Below, piece by piece: positions 11,601 to 23,950 of a stretch of 64,000 nucleotides of DNA. Below the pieces are notes generated by a model that saw only the letters and a program-made list of their open reading frames with translations, did no database searches and was not told the origin of the DNA. The stretch is taken from NCBI RefSeq assembly GCF_009914755.1, contig NC_060930.1; one strand, written 5' to 3'. Numbering within the stretch: the first letter of the stretch is position 1; every line of letters starts with the position of its first letter. The position numbers and the translations under genes are program-made. The DNA comes from the human T2T-CHM13v2.0 reference genome, Homo sapiens.

Positions 11601-14600
11601 GAAACACTCTCTTTGTAAAGTCTACAAGTGGATATTTTGAGCCCTTGGAGGCATTCTTTGGAAAAGGGAATGTCTTCACATAAAAGGCAGACGGAAGTGT
11701 TCTCAGAAACTGCTTTGTGATGTCTGTGTTCAACTCACAGAGTTTAACATTTCCTTTGATAGAGCGGTTTAGTAACCCTCTCTTTGTAGAATTTGGAAGT
11801 GTATACTAAGAGCGCTTTGAGGCCTATGGTAGAAAAGGAAATATCTTTCCATAAAAGCTAGACAGAAGCAATCTCAGAAACTCCTTTGCGATGTCTGCAT
11901 TCAACTCACCGAGTGGAACATTCCTCTTGAGAGAGCAGTTTGGAAACACTCTTTCTGTAGAATCAGCTTGTTTGTATTTGGACCTCCTTGAGGCCTTCGT
12001 TGGAAACGGGTTTTCATCTTATAAACCCAGACAGAAGAATTCTCAGAGTCTTCTTTGTGATGTGTGCTTTCAACTCACCGAGATAAAGATTTCTCTTGAT
12101 AGAGCAATTTGGAAACACTCTTTTTGTAGAATTTGCAAGGGTACATTGAGAGCGCTTTCAGGCCTATGGTAGAAAAGGGAATATCTTTCCATAAAAGGTA
12201 GACAGAAGCAATCTCAGAAACTACTTTGTGATGTGTGCATTCAACTCACCGAGTGCAACGTTCCTCTTGACCGAGCAGTTTGGAAACATTGTTTCTGTAG
12301 AATCTGCAAGTGGATATTTGGACCTCTTTGAGGCCTTCGTTGGAAACGGGATTTCTTCCTATAAACCCAGACAGAAGAATTCTCAGAGACTTCTTTGTGA
12401 TGTGTGAATTCAACTCACAGTGTGGATCCTTCCTTTTGATAGAGCAGTTTTGAAACCCTGTTTTTGTAGTATTTCCAAGCGGATATTCGGAACGCCTTGA
12501 AGCGTATGGTAGAAAAGGAAATATCTTCCCATAAAACCTAGACAGAACCAATCTCAGAAACGACTTTGTGATGTCTGCATTCAACTCACAGAGTTGAACA
12601 TTTCTCTTGATAGAGCAGTTTTGAAACCCTCTTTCTGAAGGATCTGCAAGTGGATATTTGGAACTCCTTTGGGTCTTCGTTGGAAACGGGATTTCTTCGT
12701 ATAAATCTAGACAGAAGAATTCTCCGAAACTTCTTTGGTTGTGTGCATTCAAGTCACAGAGTGGAACCTTCCTTTGGATAGAGCAGTTTGAAACGCCGTG
12801 GTTGTAGTATTTCCAAGCGGATATTAGAGCGCCTTGAGGCCTATGGTAGAAAAGGAAATATCTTCCCATAAAACCTAGACGGAAGCAATCTCAGAAACTA
12901 CTGTGTGATGGCTGCATTCCACACACACGGTGGAACATTTCTCTTGATAGAGCAGTTTTGAAACACTCTTTCTGTAGAATCTGCAAGTGGATAATTGGAC
13001 CGCCTTGAGGCCTTCGTTGGAAACGGGATTTCTTCATGTTACTCTAGATAGAAGAATTCTCAAACACTGCTATGTGATGTTTGCATTCAAGTCACAGAGT
13101 GCAACATTCCTCTTGGTAGAGCAGTTGGGAAACACTCCTTTTGTAGAATCTGCAATGGGATATTTGGACTTCTTTGAGGCCTTCGTTGGAAACGGGATTT
13201 CTTCGTATGAATCTAGACAGAAGAATTCTCAGAAACTTCCTTGTGATGTGTGCATTCAACTCAGCGAGTGGCACCTTCCTTTGGATACAGCAGTTTTGAA
13301 ACACTGTTTTTGTAGTATTTCCAAGCGGATATTTAGAGCGCCTTGAAGCCTATGCTAGAAATGGAAATATCTCCCCATAAAACCAAGACAGAAGCAATCT
13401 CAGAAACTAATGTGTGATGGCTGCATTCCACACACACGGTGGACCATTTCTCTTGATAGAGCAGTTTTGAAACACTCTTTCTGTAGAATCTGCAAGTGGA
13501 TAATTGGACCTCCTAGAGGCCTTCGTTGGAAACGGGATTTCTTCATCTAAACCTACAGAGAAGAATTCTCAGTAACTTCTTCGGATGTGTGCATTCGACG
13601 CACAGAATGGAACATTCCCTTTGATAGAGCAGTTTTGAGACACCGTTTTTGTAGAATTCCCAAGTGGATATTTAGAGCACTTTGAAGTCTCTGCTAGAAA
13701 AGGAAACATCTTCATGTAAAAAGTAGATAGAATCGTTCTCAGAAAGTGCTTAGTGACGTGTGCGTTCAACTCACAGAGTTTAACGTTTCTTTTGATAGAG
13801 CGTTTCTGAAACACCCTTCTTGTAGTAGCTGCAAGTGGATATTTGGACCTATTGGAGGCCTTCTTTGGAAATGGGATTTCTTCATGTAACTCTAGATTGA
13901 AGAGTTCTCAGAAACTCCTTTGTGATGTGTGCATTCAATTCAAAGAGTGAAACCTCCCTTTTCACAGAGCAGTTTTGAAACACTGTTTTTGTAGGATTTC
14001 CAAGGGGATATTTATAGCGCATTGAGCCTACGGCGGAAAAAGAAACATCTTCCTATAAAAACTAGACAGAATACTTCTCAGAATCTGCTTTGCGATGTGT
14101 GCGTTCAACTCACAGAGTAAAACTTTTCTTTTGATAGAGCAGTTTTGAAACACTCTTTTTGTAGTATTTGCATGTGTATATTTAGAGCGCATTGAAGCCC
14201 ACAGTAGAAAAGGAAATAACTTCACCTAAAACCTAGACAGAAGCAATCTCAGAAACTACTTTGTGATGTGTACATTCAACTCACAGAGTGGAACTTTCCT
14301 CTTTATAGAGCAGTGTTGAAACACTCTTTTTGTAGAAACTGCAAGTGGATATTTGGACCTCTTTGAGGCCTTCGTTGGAAACGGGATTTCTTCCTATAAC
14401 CCTAGACAGAAGAATTTTCAGAAACCTCATTGTGATGTGTGCGTTCATCTCACAGAGTGGAGTCTTCCGTTTGATAGAGAAGTTTTGAAACCCTGTTCTT
14501 GTAGGATTTCCAAGTGGATATTTAGACCACTTTGAAGCCTATGATAGAAAAGGAAACATCTTCATGGAAAACATAGATAGAATCATCCTCAGAAACAACT

Positions 14601-17600
14601 TTGTGATGTGTGCGTTGAACTCACCGTCTTTAACCTTTCTTTTGGTAGAGAAGTTTTGAAACACTCTCTTTGTAAAGTCTACAAGTGGATATTTTGAGCC
14701 CTTGGAGGCATTCTTTGGAAAAGGGAATGTCTTCACATAAAAGGCAGACGGAAGTGTTCTCAGAAACTGCTTTGTGATGTCTGTGTTCAACTCACAGAGT
14801 TTAACATTTCCTTTGATAGAGCGGTTTAGTAACCCTCTCTTTGTAGAATTTGGAAGTGTATACTAAGAGCGCTTTGAGGCCTATGGTAGAAAAGGAAATA
14901 TCTTTCCATAAAAGCTAGACAGAAGCAATCTCAGAAACTCCTTTGCGATGTCTGCATTCAACTCACCGAGTGGAACATTCCTCTTGAGAGAGCAGTTTGG
15001 AAACACTCTTTCTGTAGAATCAGCTTGTTTGTATTTGGACCTCCTTGAGGCCTTCGTTGGAAACGGGTTTTCATCTTATAAACCCAGACAGAAGAATTCT
15101 CAGAGTCTTCTTTGTGATGTGTGCTTTCAACTCACCGAGATAAAGATTTCTCTTGATAGAGCAATTTGGAAACACTCTTTTTGTAGAATTTGCAAGGGTA
15201 CATTGAGAGCGCTTTCAGGCCTATGGTAGAAAAGGGAATATCTTTCCATAAAAGGTAGACAGAAGCAATCTCAGAAACTACTTTGTGATGTGTGCATTCA
15301 ACTCACCGAGTGCAACGTTCCTCTTGACCGAGCAGTTTGGAAACATTGTTTCTGTAGAATCTGCAAGTGGATATTTGGACCTCTTTGAGGCCTTCGTTGG
15401 AAACGGGATTTCTTCCTATAAACCCAGACAGAAGAATTCTCAGAGACTTCTTTGTGATGTGTGAATTCAACTCACAGTGTGGATCCTTCCTTTTGATAGA
15501 GCAGTTTTGAAACCCTGTTTTTGTAGTATTTCCAAGCGGATATTTGGAACGCCTTGAAGCGTATGGTAGAAAAGGAAATATCTTCCCATAAAACCTAGAC
15601 AGAACCAATCTCAGAAACGACTTTGTGATGTCTGCATTCAAGTCACAGAGTTGAACATTTCTCTTGATAGAGCAGTTTTGAAACCCTCTTTCTGAAGGAT
15701 CTGCAAGTGGATATTTGGAACTCCTTTGGGTCTTCGTTGGAAACGGGATTTCTTCGTATAAATCTAGACAGAAGAATTCTCCGAAACTTCTTTGGTTGTG
15801 TGCATTCAAGTCACAGAGTGGAACCTTCCTTTGGATAGAGCAGTTTGAAACGCCGTGGTTGTAGTATTTCCAAGCGGATATTAGAGCGCCTTGAGGCCTA
15901 TGGTAGAAAAGGAAATATCTTCCCATAAAACCTAGACGGAAGCAATCTCAGAAACTACTGTGTGATGGCTGCATTCCACACACACGGTGGAACATTTCTC
16001 TTGATAGAGCAGTTTTGAAACACTCTTTCTGTAGAATCTGCAAGTGGATAATTGGACCGCCTTGAGGCCTTCGTTGGAAACGGGATTTCTTCATGTTACT
16101 CTAGATAGAAGAATTCTCAAACACTGCTATGTGATGTTTGCATTCAAGTCACAGAGTGCAACATTCCTCTTGGTAGAGCAGTTGGGAAACACTCCTTTTG
16201 TAGAATCTGCAATGGGATATTTGGACTTCTTTGAGGCCTTCGTTGGAAACGGGATTTCTTCGTATGAATCTAGACAGAAGAATTCTCAGAAACTTCCTTG
16301 TGATGTGTGCATTCAACTCAGCGAGTGGCACCTTCCTTTGGATACAGCAGTTTTGAAACACTGTTTTTGTAGTATTTCCAAGCGGATATTTAGAGCGCCT
16401 TGAAGCCTATGCTAGAAATGGAAATATCTCCCCATAAAACCAAGACGGAAGCAATCTCAGAAACTAATGTGTGATGGCTGCATTCCACACACACGGTGGA
16501 CCATTTCTCTTGATAGAGCAGTTTTAAAACACTCTTTCTGTAGAATCTGCAAGTGGATAATTGGACCTCCGAGAGGCCTTCGTTGGAAACGGGATTTCTT
16601 CATCTAAACCTACAGAGAAGAATTCTCAGTAACTTCTTCGGATGTGTGCATTCGACGCACAGAATGGAACATTCCCTTTGATAGAGCAGTTTTGAGACAC
16701 CGTTTTTGTAGAATTCCCAAGTGGATATTTAGAGCACTTTGAAGTCTCTGCTAGAAAAGGAAACATCTTCATGTAAAAAGTAGATAGAATCGTTCTCAGA
16801 AAGTGCTTAGTGACGTGTGCGTTCAACTCACAGAGTTTAACGTTTCTTTTGATAGAGCGTTTCTGAAACACCCTTCTTGTAGTAGCTGCAAGTGGATATT
16901 TGGACCTATTGGAGGCCTTCTTTGGAAATGGGATTTCTTCATGTAACTCTAGATTGAAGAGTTCTCAGAAACTCCTTTGTGATGTGTGCATTCAATTCAA
17001 AGAGTGAAACCTCCCTTTTCACAGAGCAGTTTTGAAACACTGTTTTTGTAGGATTTCCAAGGGGATATTTATAGCGCATTGAGCCTACGGCGGAAAAAGA
17101 AACATCTTCCTATAAAAACTAGACAGAATACTTCTCAGAATCTGCTTTGCGATGTGTGCGTTCAACTCACAGAGTAAAACTTTTCTTTTGATAGAGCAGT
17201 TTTGAAACACTCTTTTTGTAGTATTTGCATGTGTATATTTAGAGCGCATTGAAGCCCACAGTAGAAAAGGAAATAACTTCACCTAAAACCTAGACAGAAG
17301 CAATCTCAGAAACTACTTTGTGATGTGTACATTCAACTCACAGAGTGGAACTTTCCTCTTTATAGAGCAGTGTTGAAACACTCTTTTTGTAGAAACTGCA
17401 AGTGGATATTTGGACCTCTTTGAGGCCTTCGTTGGAAACGGGATTTCTTCCTATAACCCTAGACAGAAGAATTTTCAGAAACCTCATTGTGATGTGTGCG
17501 TTCATCTCACAGAGTGGAGTCTTCCGTTTGATAGAGAAGTTTTGAAACCCTGTTCTTGTAGGATTTCCAAGTGGATATTTAGACCACTTTGAAGCCTATG

Positions 17601-20600
17601 ATAGAAAAGGAAACATCTTCATGGAAAACATAGATAGAATCATCCTCAGAAACAACTTTGTGATGTGTGCGTTGAACTCACCGTCTTTAACCTTTCTTTT
17701 GGTAGAGAAGTTTTGAAACACTCTCTTTGTAAAGTCTACAAGTGGATATTTTGAGCCCTTGGAGGCATTCTTTGGAAAAGGGAATGTCTTCACATAAAAG
17801 GCAGACGGAAGTGTTCTCAGAAACTGCTTTGTGATGTCTGTGTTCAACTCACAGAGTTTAACATTTCCTTTGATAGAGCGGTTTAGTAACCCTCTCTTTG
17901 TAGAATTTGGAAGTGTATACTAAGAGCGCTTTGAGGCCTATGGTAGAAAAGGAAATATCTTTCCATAAAAGCTAGACAGAAGCAATCTCAGAAACTCCTT
18001 TGCGATGTCTGCATTCAACTCACCGAGTGGAACATTCCTCTTGAGAGAGCAGTTTGGAAACACTCTTTCTGTAGAATCAGCTTGTTTGTATTTGGACCTC
18101 CTTGAGGCCTTCGTTGGAAACGGGTTTTCATCTTATAAACCCAGACAGAAGAATTCTCAGAGTCTTCTTTGTGATGTGTGCTTTCAACTCACCGAGATAA
18201 AGATTTCTCTTGATAGAGCAATTTGGAAACACTCTTTTTGTAGAATTTGCAAGGGTACATTGAGAGCGCTTTCAGGCCTATGGTAGAAAAGGGAATATCT
18301 TTCCATAAAAGGTAGACAGAAGCAATCTCAGAAACTACTTTGTGATGTGTGCATTCAACTCACCGAGTGCAACGTTCCTCTTGACCGAGCAGTTTGGAAA
18401 CATTGTTTCTGTAGAATCTGCAAGTGGATATTTGGACCTCTTTGAGGCCTTCGTTGGAAACGGGATTTCTTCCTATAAACCCAGACAGAAGAATTCTCAG
18501 AGACTTCTTTGTGATGTGTGAATTCAACTCACAGTGTGGATCCTTCCTTTTGATAGAGCAGTTTTGAAACCCTGTTTTTGTAGTATTTCCAAGCGGATAT
18601 TTGGAACGCCTTGAAGCGTATGGTAGAAAAGGAAATATCTTCCCATAAAACCTAGACAGAACCAATCTCAGAAACGACTTTGTGATGTCTGCATTCAAGT
18701 CACAGAGTTGAACATTTCTCTTGATAGAGCAGTTTTGAAACCCTCTTTCTGAAGGATCTGCAAGTGGATATTTGGAACTCCTTTGGGTCTTCGTTGGAAA
18801 CGGGATTTCTTCGTATAAATCTAGACAGAAGAATTCTCCGAAACTTCTTTGGTTGTGTGCATTCAAGTCACAGAGTGGAACCTTCCTTTGGATAGAGCAG
18901 TTTGAAACGCCGTGGTTGTAGTATTTCCAAGCGGATATTAGAGCGCCTTGAGGCCTATGGTAGAAAAGGAAATATCTTCCCATAAAACCTAGACGGAAGC
19001 AATCTCAGAAACTACTGTGTGATGGCTGCATTCCACACACACGGTGGAACATTTCTCTTGATAGAGCAGTTTTGAAACACTCTTTCTGTAGAATCTGCAA
19101 GTGGATAATTGGACCGCCTTGAGGCCTTCGTTGGAAACGGGATTTCTTCATGTTACTCTAGATAGAAGAATTCTCAAACACTGCTATGTGATGTTTGCAT
19201 TCAAGTCACAGAGTGCAACATTCCTCTTGGTAGAGCAGTTGGGAAACACTCCTTTTGTAGAATCTGCAATGGGATATTTGGACTTCTTTGAGGCCTTCGT
19301 TGGAAACGGGATTTCTTCGTATGAATCTAGACAGAAGAATTCTCAGAAACTTCCTTGTGATGTGTGCATTCAACTCAGCGAGTGGCACCTTCCTTTGGAT
19401 ACAGCAGTTTTGAAACACTGTTTTTGTAGTATTTCCAAGCGGATATTTAGAGCGCCTTGAAGCCTATGCTAGAAATGGAAATATCTCCCCATAAAACCAA
19501 GACGGAAGCAATCTCAGAAACTAATGTGTGATGGCTGCATTCCACACACACGGTGGACCATTTCTCTTGATAGAGCAGTTTTGAAACACTCTTTCTGTAG
19601 AATCTGCAAGTGGATAATTGGACCTCCGAGAGGCCTTCGTTGGAAACGGGATTTCTTCATCTAAACCTACAGAGAAGAATTCTCAGTAACTTCTTCGGAT
19701 GTGTGCATTCGACGCACAGAATGGAACATTCCCTTTGATAGAGCAGTTTTGAGACACCGTTTTTGTAGAATTCCCAAGTGGATATTTAGAGCACTTTGAA
19801 GTCTCTGCTAGAAAAGGAAACATCATCATGTAAAAAGTAGATAGAATCGTTCTCAGAAAGTGCTTAGTGTCGTGTGCGTTCAACTCACAGAGTTTAACGT
19901 TTCTTTTGATAGAGCGTTTCTGAAACACCCTTCTTGTAGTAGCTGCAAGTGGATATTTGGACCTATTGGAGGCCTTCTTTGGAAATGGGATTTCTTCATG
20001 TAACTCTAGATTGAAGAATTCTCAGAAACTCCTTTGTGATGTGTGCATTCAATTCAAAGAGTGAAACCTCCCTTTTCACAGAGCAGTTTTGAAACACTGT
20101 TTTTGTAGGATTTCCAAGGGGATATTTATAGCGCATTGAGCCTACGGCGGAAAAAGAAACATCTTCCTATAAAAACTAGAGAGAATACTTCTCAGAATCT
20201 GCTTTGCGATGTGTGCGTTCAACTCACAGAGTAAAACTTTTCTTTTGATAGAGCAGTTTTGAAACACTCTTTTTGTAGTATTTGCATGTGTATATTTAGA
20301 GCGCATTGAAGCCCACAGTAGAAAAGGAAATAACTTCACCTAAAACCTAGACAGAAGCAATCTCAGAAACTACTTTGTGATGTGTACATTCAACTCACAG
20401 AGTGGAACTTTCCTCTTTATAGAGCAGTGTTGAAACACTCTTTTTGTAGAAACTGCAAGTGGATATTTGGACCTCTTTGAGGCCTTCGTTGGAAACGGGA
20501 TTTCTTCCTATAACCCTAGACAGAAGAATTTTCAGAAACCTCATTGTGATGTGTGCGTTCATCTCACAGAGTGGAGTCTTCCGTTTGATAGAGAAGTTTT

Positions 20601-23600
20601 GAAACCCTGTTCTTGTAGGATTTCCAAGTGGATATTTAGACCACTTTGAAGCCTATGATAGAAAAGGAAACATCTTCATGGAAAACATAGATAGAATCAT
20701 CCTCAGAAACAACTTTGTGATGTGTGCGTTGAACTCACCGTCTTTAACCTTTCTTTTGGTAGAGAAGTTTTGAAACACTCTCTTTGTAAAGTCTACAAGT
20801 GGATATTTTGAGCCCTTGGAGGCATTCTTTGGAAAAGGGAATGTCTTCACATAAAAGGCAGACGGAAGTGTTCTCAGAAACTGCTTTGTGATGTCTGTGT
20901 TCAACTCACAGAGTTTAACATTTCCTTTGATAGAGCGGTTTAGTAACCCTCTCTTTGTAGAATTTGGAAGTGTATACTAAGAGCGCTTTGAGGCCTATGG
21001 TAGAAAAGGAAATATCTTTCCATAAAAGCTAGACAGAAGCAATCTCAGAAACTCCTTTGCGATGTCTGCATTCAACTCACCGAGTGGAACATTCCTCTTG
21101 AGAGAGCAGTTTGGAAACACTCTTTCTGTAGAATCAGCTTGTTTGTATTTGGACCTCCTTGAGGCCTTCGTTGGAAACGGGTTTTCATCTTATAAACCCA
21201 GACAGAAGAATTCTCAGAGTCTTCTTTGTGATGTGTGCTTTCAACTCACCGAGATAAAGATTTCTCTTGATAGAGCAATTTGGAAACACTCTTTTTGTAG
21301 AATTTGCAAGGGTACATTGAGAGCGCTTTCAGGCCTATGGTAGAAAAGGGAATATCTTTCCATAAAAGGTAGACAGAAGCAATCTCAGAAACTACTTTGT
21401 GATGTGTGCATTCAACTCACCGAGTGCAACGTTCCTCTTGACCGAGCAGTTTGGAAACATTGTTTCTGTAGAATCTGCAAGTGGATATTTGGACCTCTTT
21501 GAGGCCTTCGTTGGAAACGGGATTTCTTCCTATAAACCCAGACAGAAGAATTCTCAGAGACTTCTTTGTGATGTGTGAATTCAACTCACAGTGTGGATCC
21601 TTCCTTTTGATAGAGCAGTTTTGAAACCCTGTTTTTGTAGTATTTCCAAGCGGATATTTGGAACGCCTTGAAGCGTATGGTAGAAAAGGAAATATCTTCC
21701 CATAAAACCTAGACAGAACCAATCTCAGAAACGACTTTGTGATGTCTGCATTCAAGTCACAGAGTTGAACATTTCTCTTGATAGAGCAGTTTTGAAACCC
21801 TCTTTCTGAAGGATCTGCAAGTGGATATTTGGAACTCCTTTGGGTCTTCGTTGGAAACGGGATTTCTTCGTATAAATCTAGACAGAAGAATTCTCCGAAA
21901 CTTCTTTGGTTGTGTGCATTCAAGTCACAGAGTGGAACCTTCCTTTGGATAGAGCAGTTTGAAACGCCGTGGTTGTAGTATTTCCAAGCGGATATTAGAG
22001 CGCCTTGAGGCCTATGGTAGAAAAGGAAATATCTTCCCATAAAACCTAGACGGAAGCAATCTCAGAAACTACTGTGTGATGGCTGCATTCCACACACACG
22101 GTGGAACATTTCTCTTGATAGAGCAGTTTTGAAACACTCTTTCTGTAGAATCTGCAAGTGGATAATTGGACCGCCTTGAGGCCTTCGTTGGAAACGGGAT
22201 TTCTTCATGTTACTCTAGATAGAAGAATTCTCAAACACTGCTATGTGATGTTTGCATTCAAGTCACAGAGTGCAACATTCCTCTTGGTAGAGCAGTTGGG
22301 AAACACTCCTTTTGTAGAATCTGCAATGGGATATTTGGACTTCTTTGAGGCCTTCGTTGGAAACGGGATTTCTTCGTATGAATCTAGACAGAAGAATTCT
22401 CAGAAACTTCCTTGTGATGTGTGCATTCAACTCAGCGAGTGGCACCTTCCTTTGGATACAGCAGTTTTGAAACACTGTTTTTGTAGTATTTCCAAGCGGA
22501 TATTTAGAGCGCCTTGAAGCCTATGCTAGAAATGGAAATATCTCCCCATAAAACCAAGACAGAAGCAATCTCAGAAACTAATGTGTGATGGCTGCATTCC
22601 ACACACACGGTGGACCATTTCTCTTGATAGAGCAGTTTTGAAACACTCTTTCTGTAGAATCTGCAAGTGGATAATTGGACCTCCTAGAGGCCTTCGTTGG
22701 AAACGGGATTTCTTCATCTAAACCTACAGAGAAGAATTCTCAGTAACTTCTTCGGATGTGTGCATTCGACGCACAGAATGGAACATTCCCTTTGATAGAG
22801 CAGTTTTGAGACACCGTTTTTGTAGAATTCCCAAGTGGATATTTAGAGCACTTTGAAGTCTCTGCTAGAAAAGGAAACATCTTCATGTAAAAAGTAGATA
22901 GAATCGTTCTCAGAAAGTGCTTAGTGACGTGTGCGTTCAACTCACAGAGTTTAACGTTTCTTTTGATAGAGCGTTTCTGAAACACCCTTCTTGTAGTAGC
23001 TGCAAGTGGATATTTGGACCTATTGGAGGCCTTCTTTGGAAATGGGATTTCTTCATGTAACTCTAGATTGAAGAGTTCTCAGAAACTCCTTTGTGATGTG
23101 TGCATTCAATTCAAAGAGTGAAACCTCCCTTTTCACAGAGCAGTTTTGAAACACTGTTTTTGTAGGATTTCCAAGGGGATATTTATAGCGCATTGAGCCT
23201 ACGGCGGAAAAAGAAACATCTTCCTATAAAAACTAGACAGAATACTTCTCAGAATCTGCTTTGCGATGTGTGCGTTCAACTCACAGAGTAAAACTTTTCT
23301 TTTGATAGAGCAGTTTTGAAACACTCTTTTTGTAGTATTTGCATGTGTATATTTAGAGCGCATTGAAGCCCACAGTAGAAAAGGAAATAACTTCACCTAA
23401 AACCTAGACAGAAGCAATCTCAGAAACTACTTTGTGATGTGTACATTCAACTCACAGAGTGGAACTTTCCTCTTTATAGAGCAGTGTTGAAACACTCTTT
23501 TTGTAGAAACTGCAAGTGGATATTTGGACCTCTTTGAGGCCTTCGTTGGAAACGGGATTTCTTCCTATAACCCTAGACAGAAGAATTTTCAGAAACCTCA

Positions 23601-23950
23601 TTGTGATGTGTGCGTTCATCTCACAGAGTGGAGTCTTCCGTTTGATAGAGAAGTTTTGAAACCCTGTTCTTGTAGGATTTCCAAGTGGATATTTAGACCA
23701 CTTTGAAGCCTATGATAGAAAAGGAAACATCTTCATGGAAAACATAGATAGAATCATCCTCAGAAACAACTTTGTGATGTGTGCGTTGAACTCACCGTCT
23801 TTAACCTTTCTTTTGGTAGAGAAGTTTTGAAACACTCTCTTTGTAAAGTCTACAAGTGGATATTTTGAGCCCTTGGAGGCATTCTTTGGAAAAGGGAATG
23901 TCTTCACATAAAAGGCAGACGGAAGTGTTCTCAGAAACTGCTTTGTGATG
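5609..23950 (+). repeat. HOR units U3-U8, six consecutive 18-mers
   Basis: ORF starts at 5777, 8834, 11891, 14948, 18005 and 21062 are spaced exactly 3057 bp apart. Confidence 0.95.
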
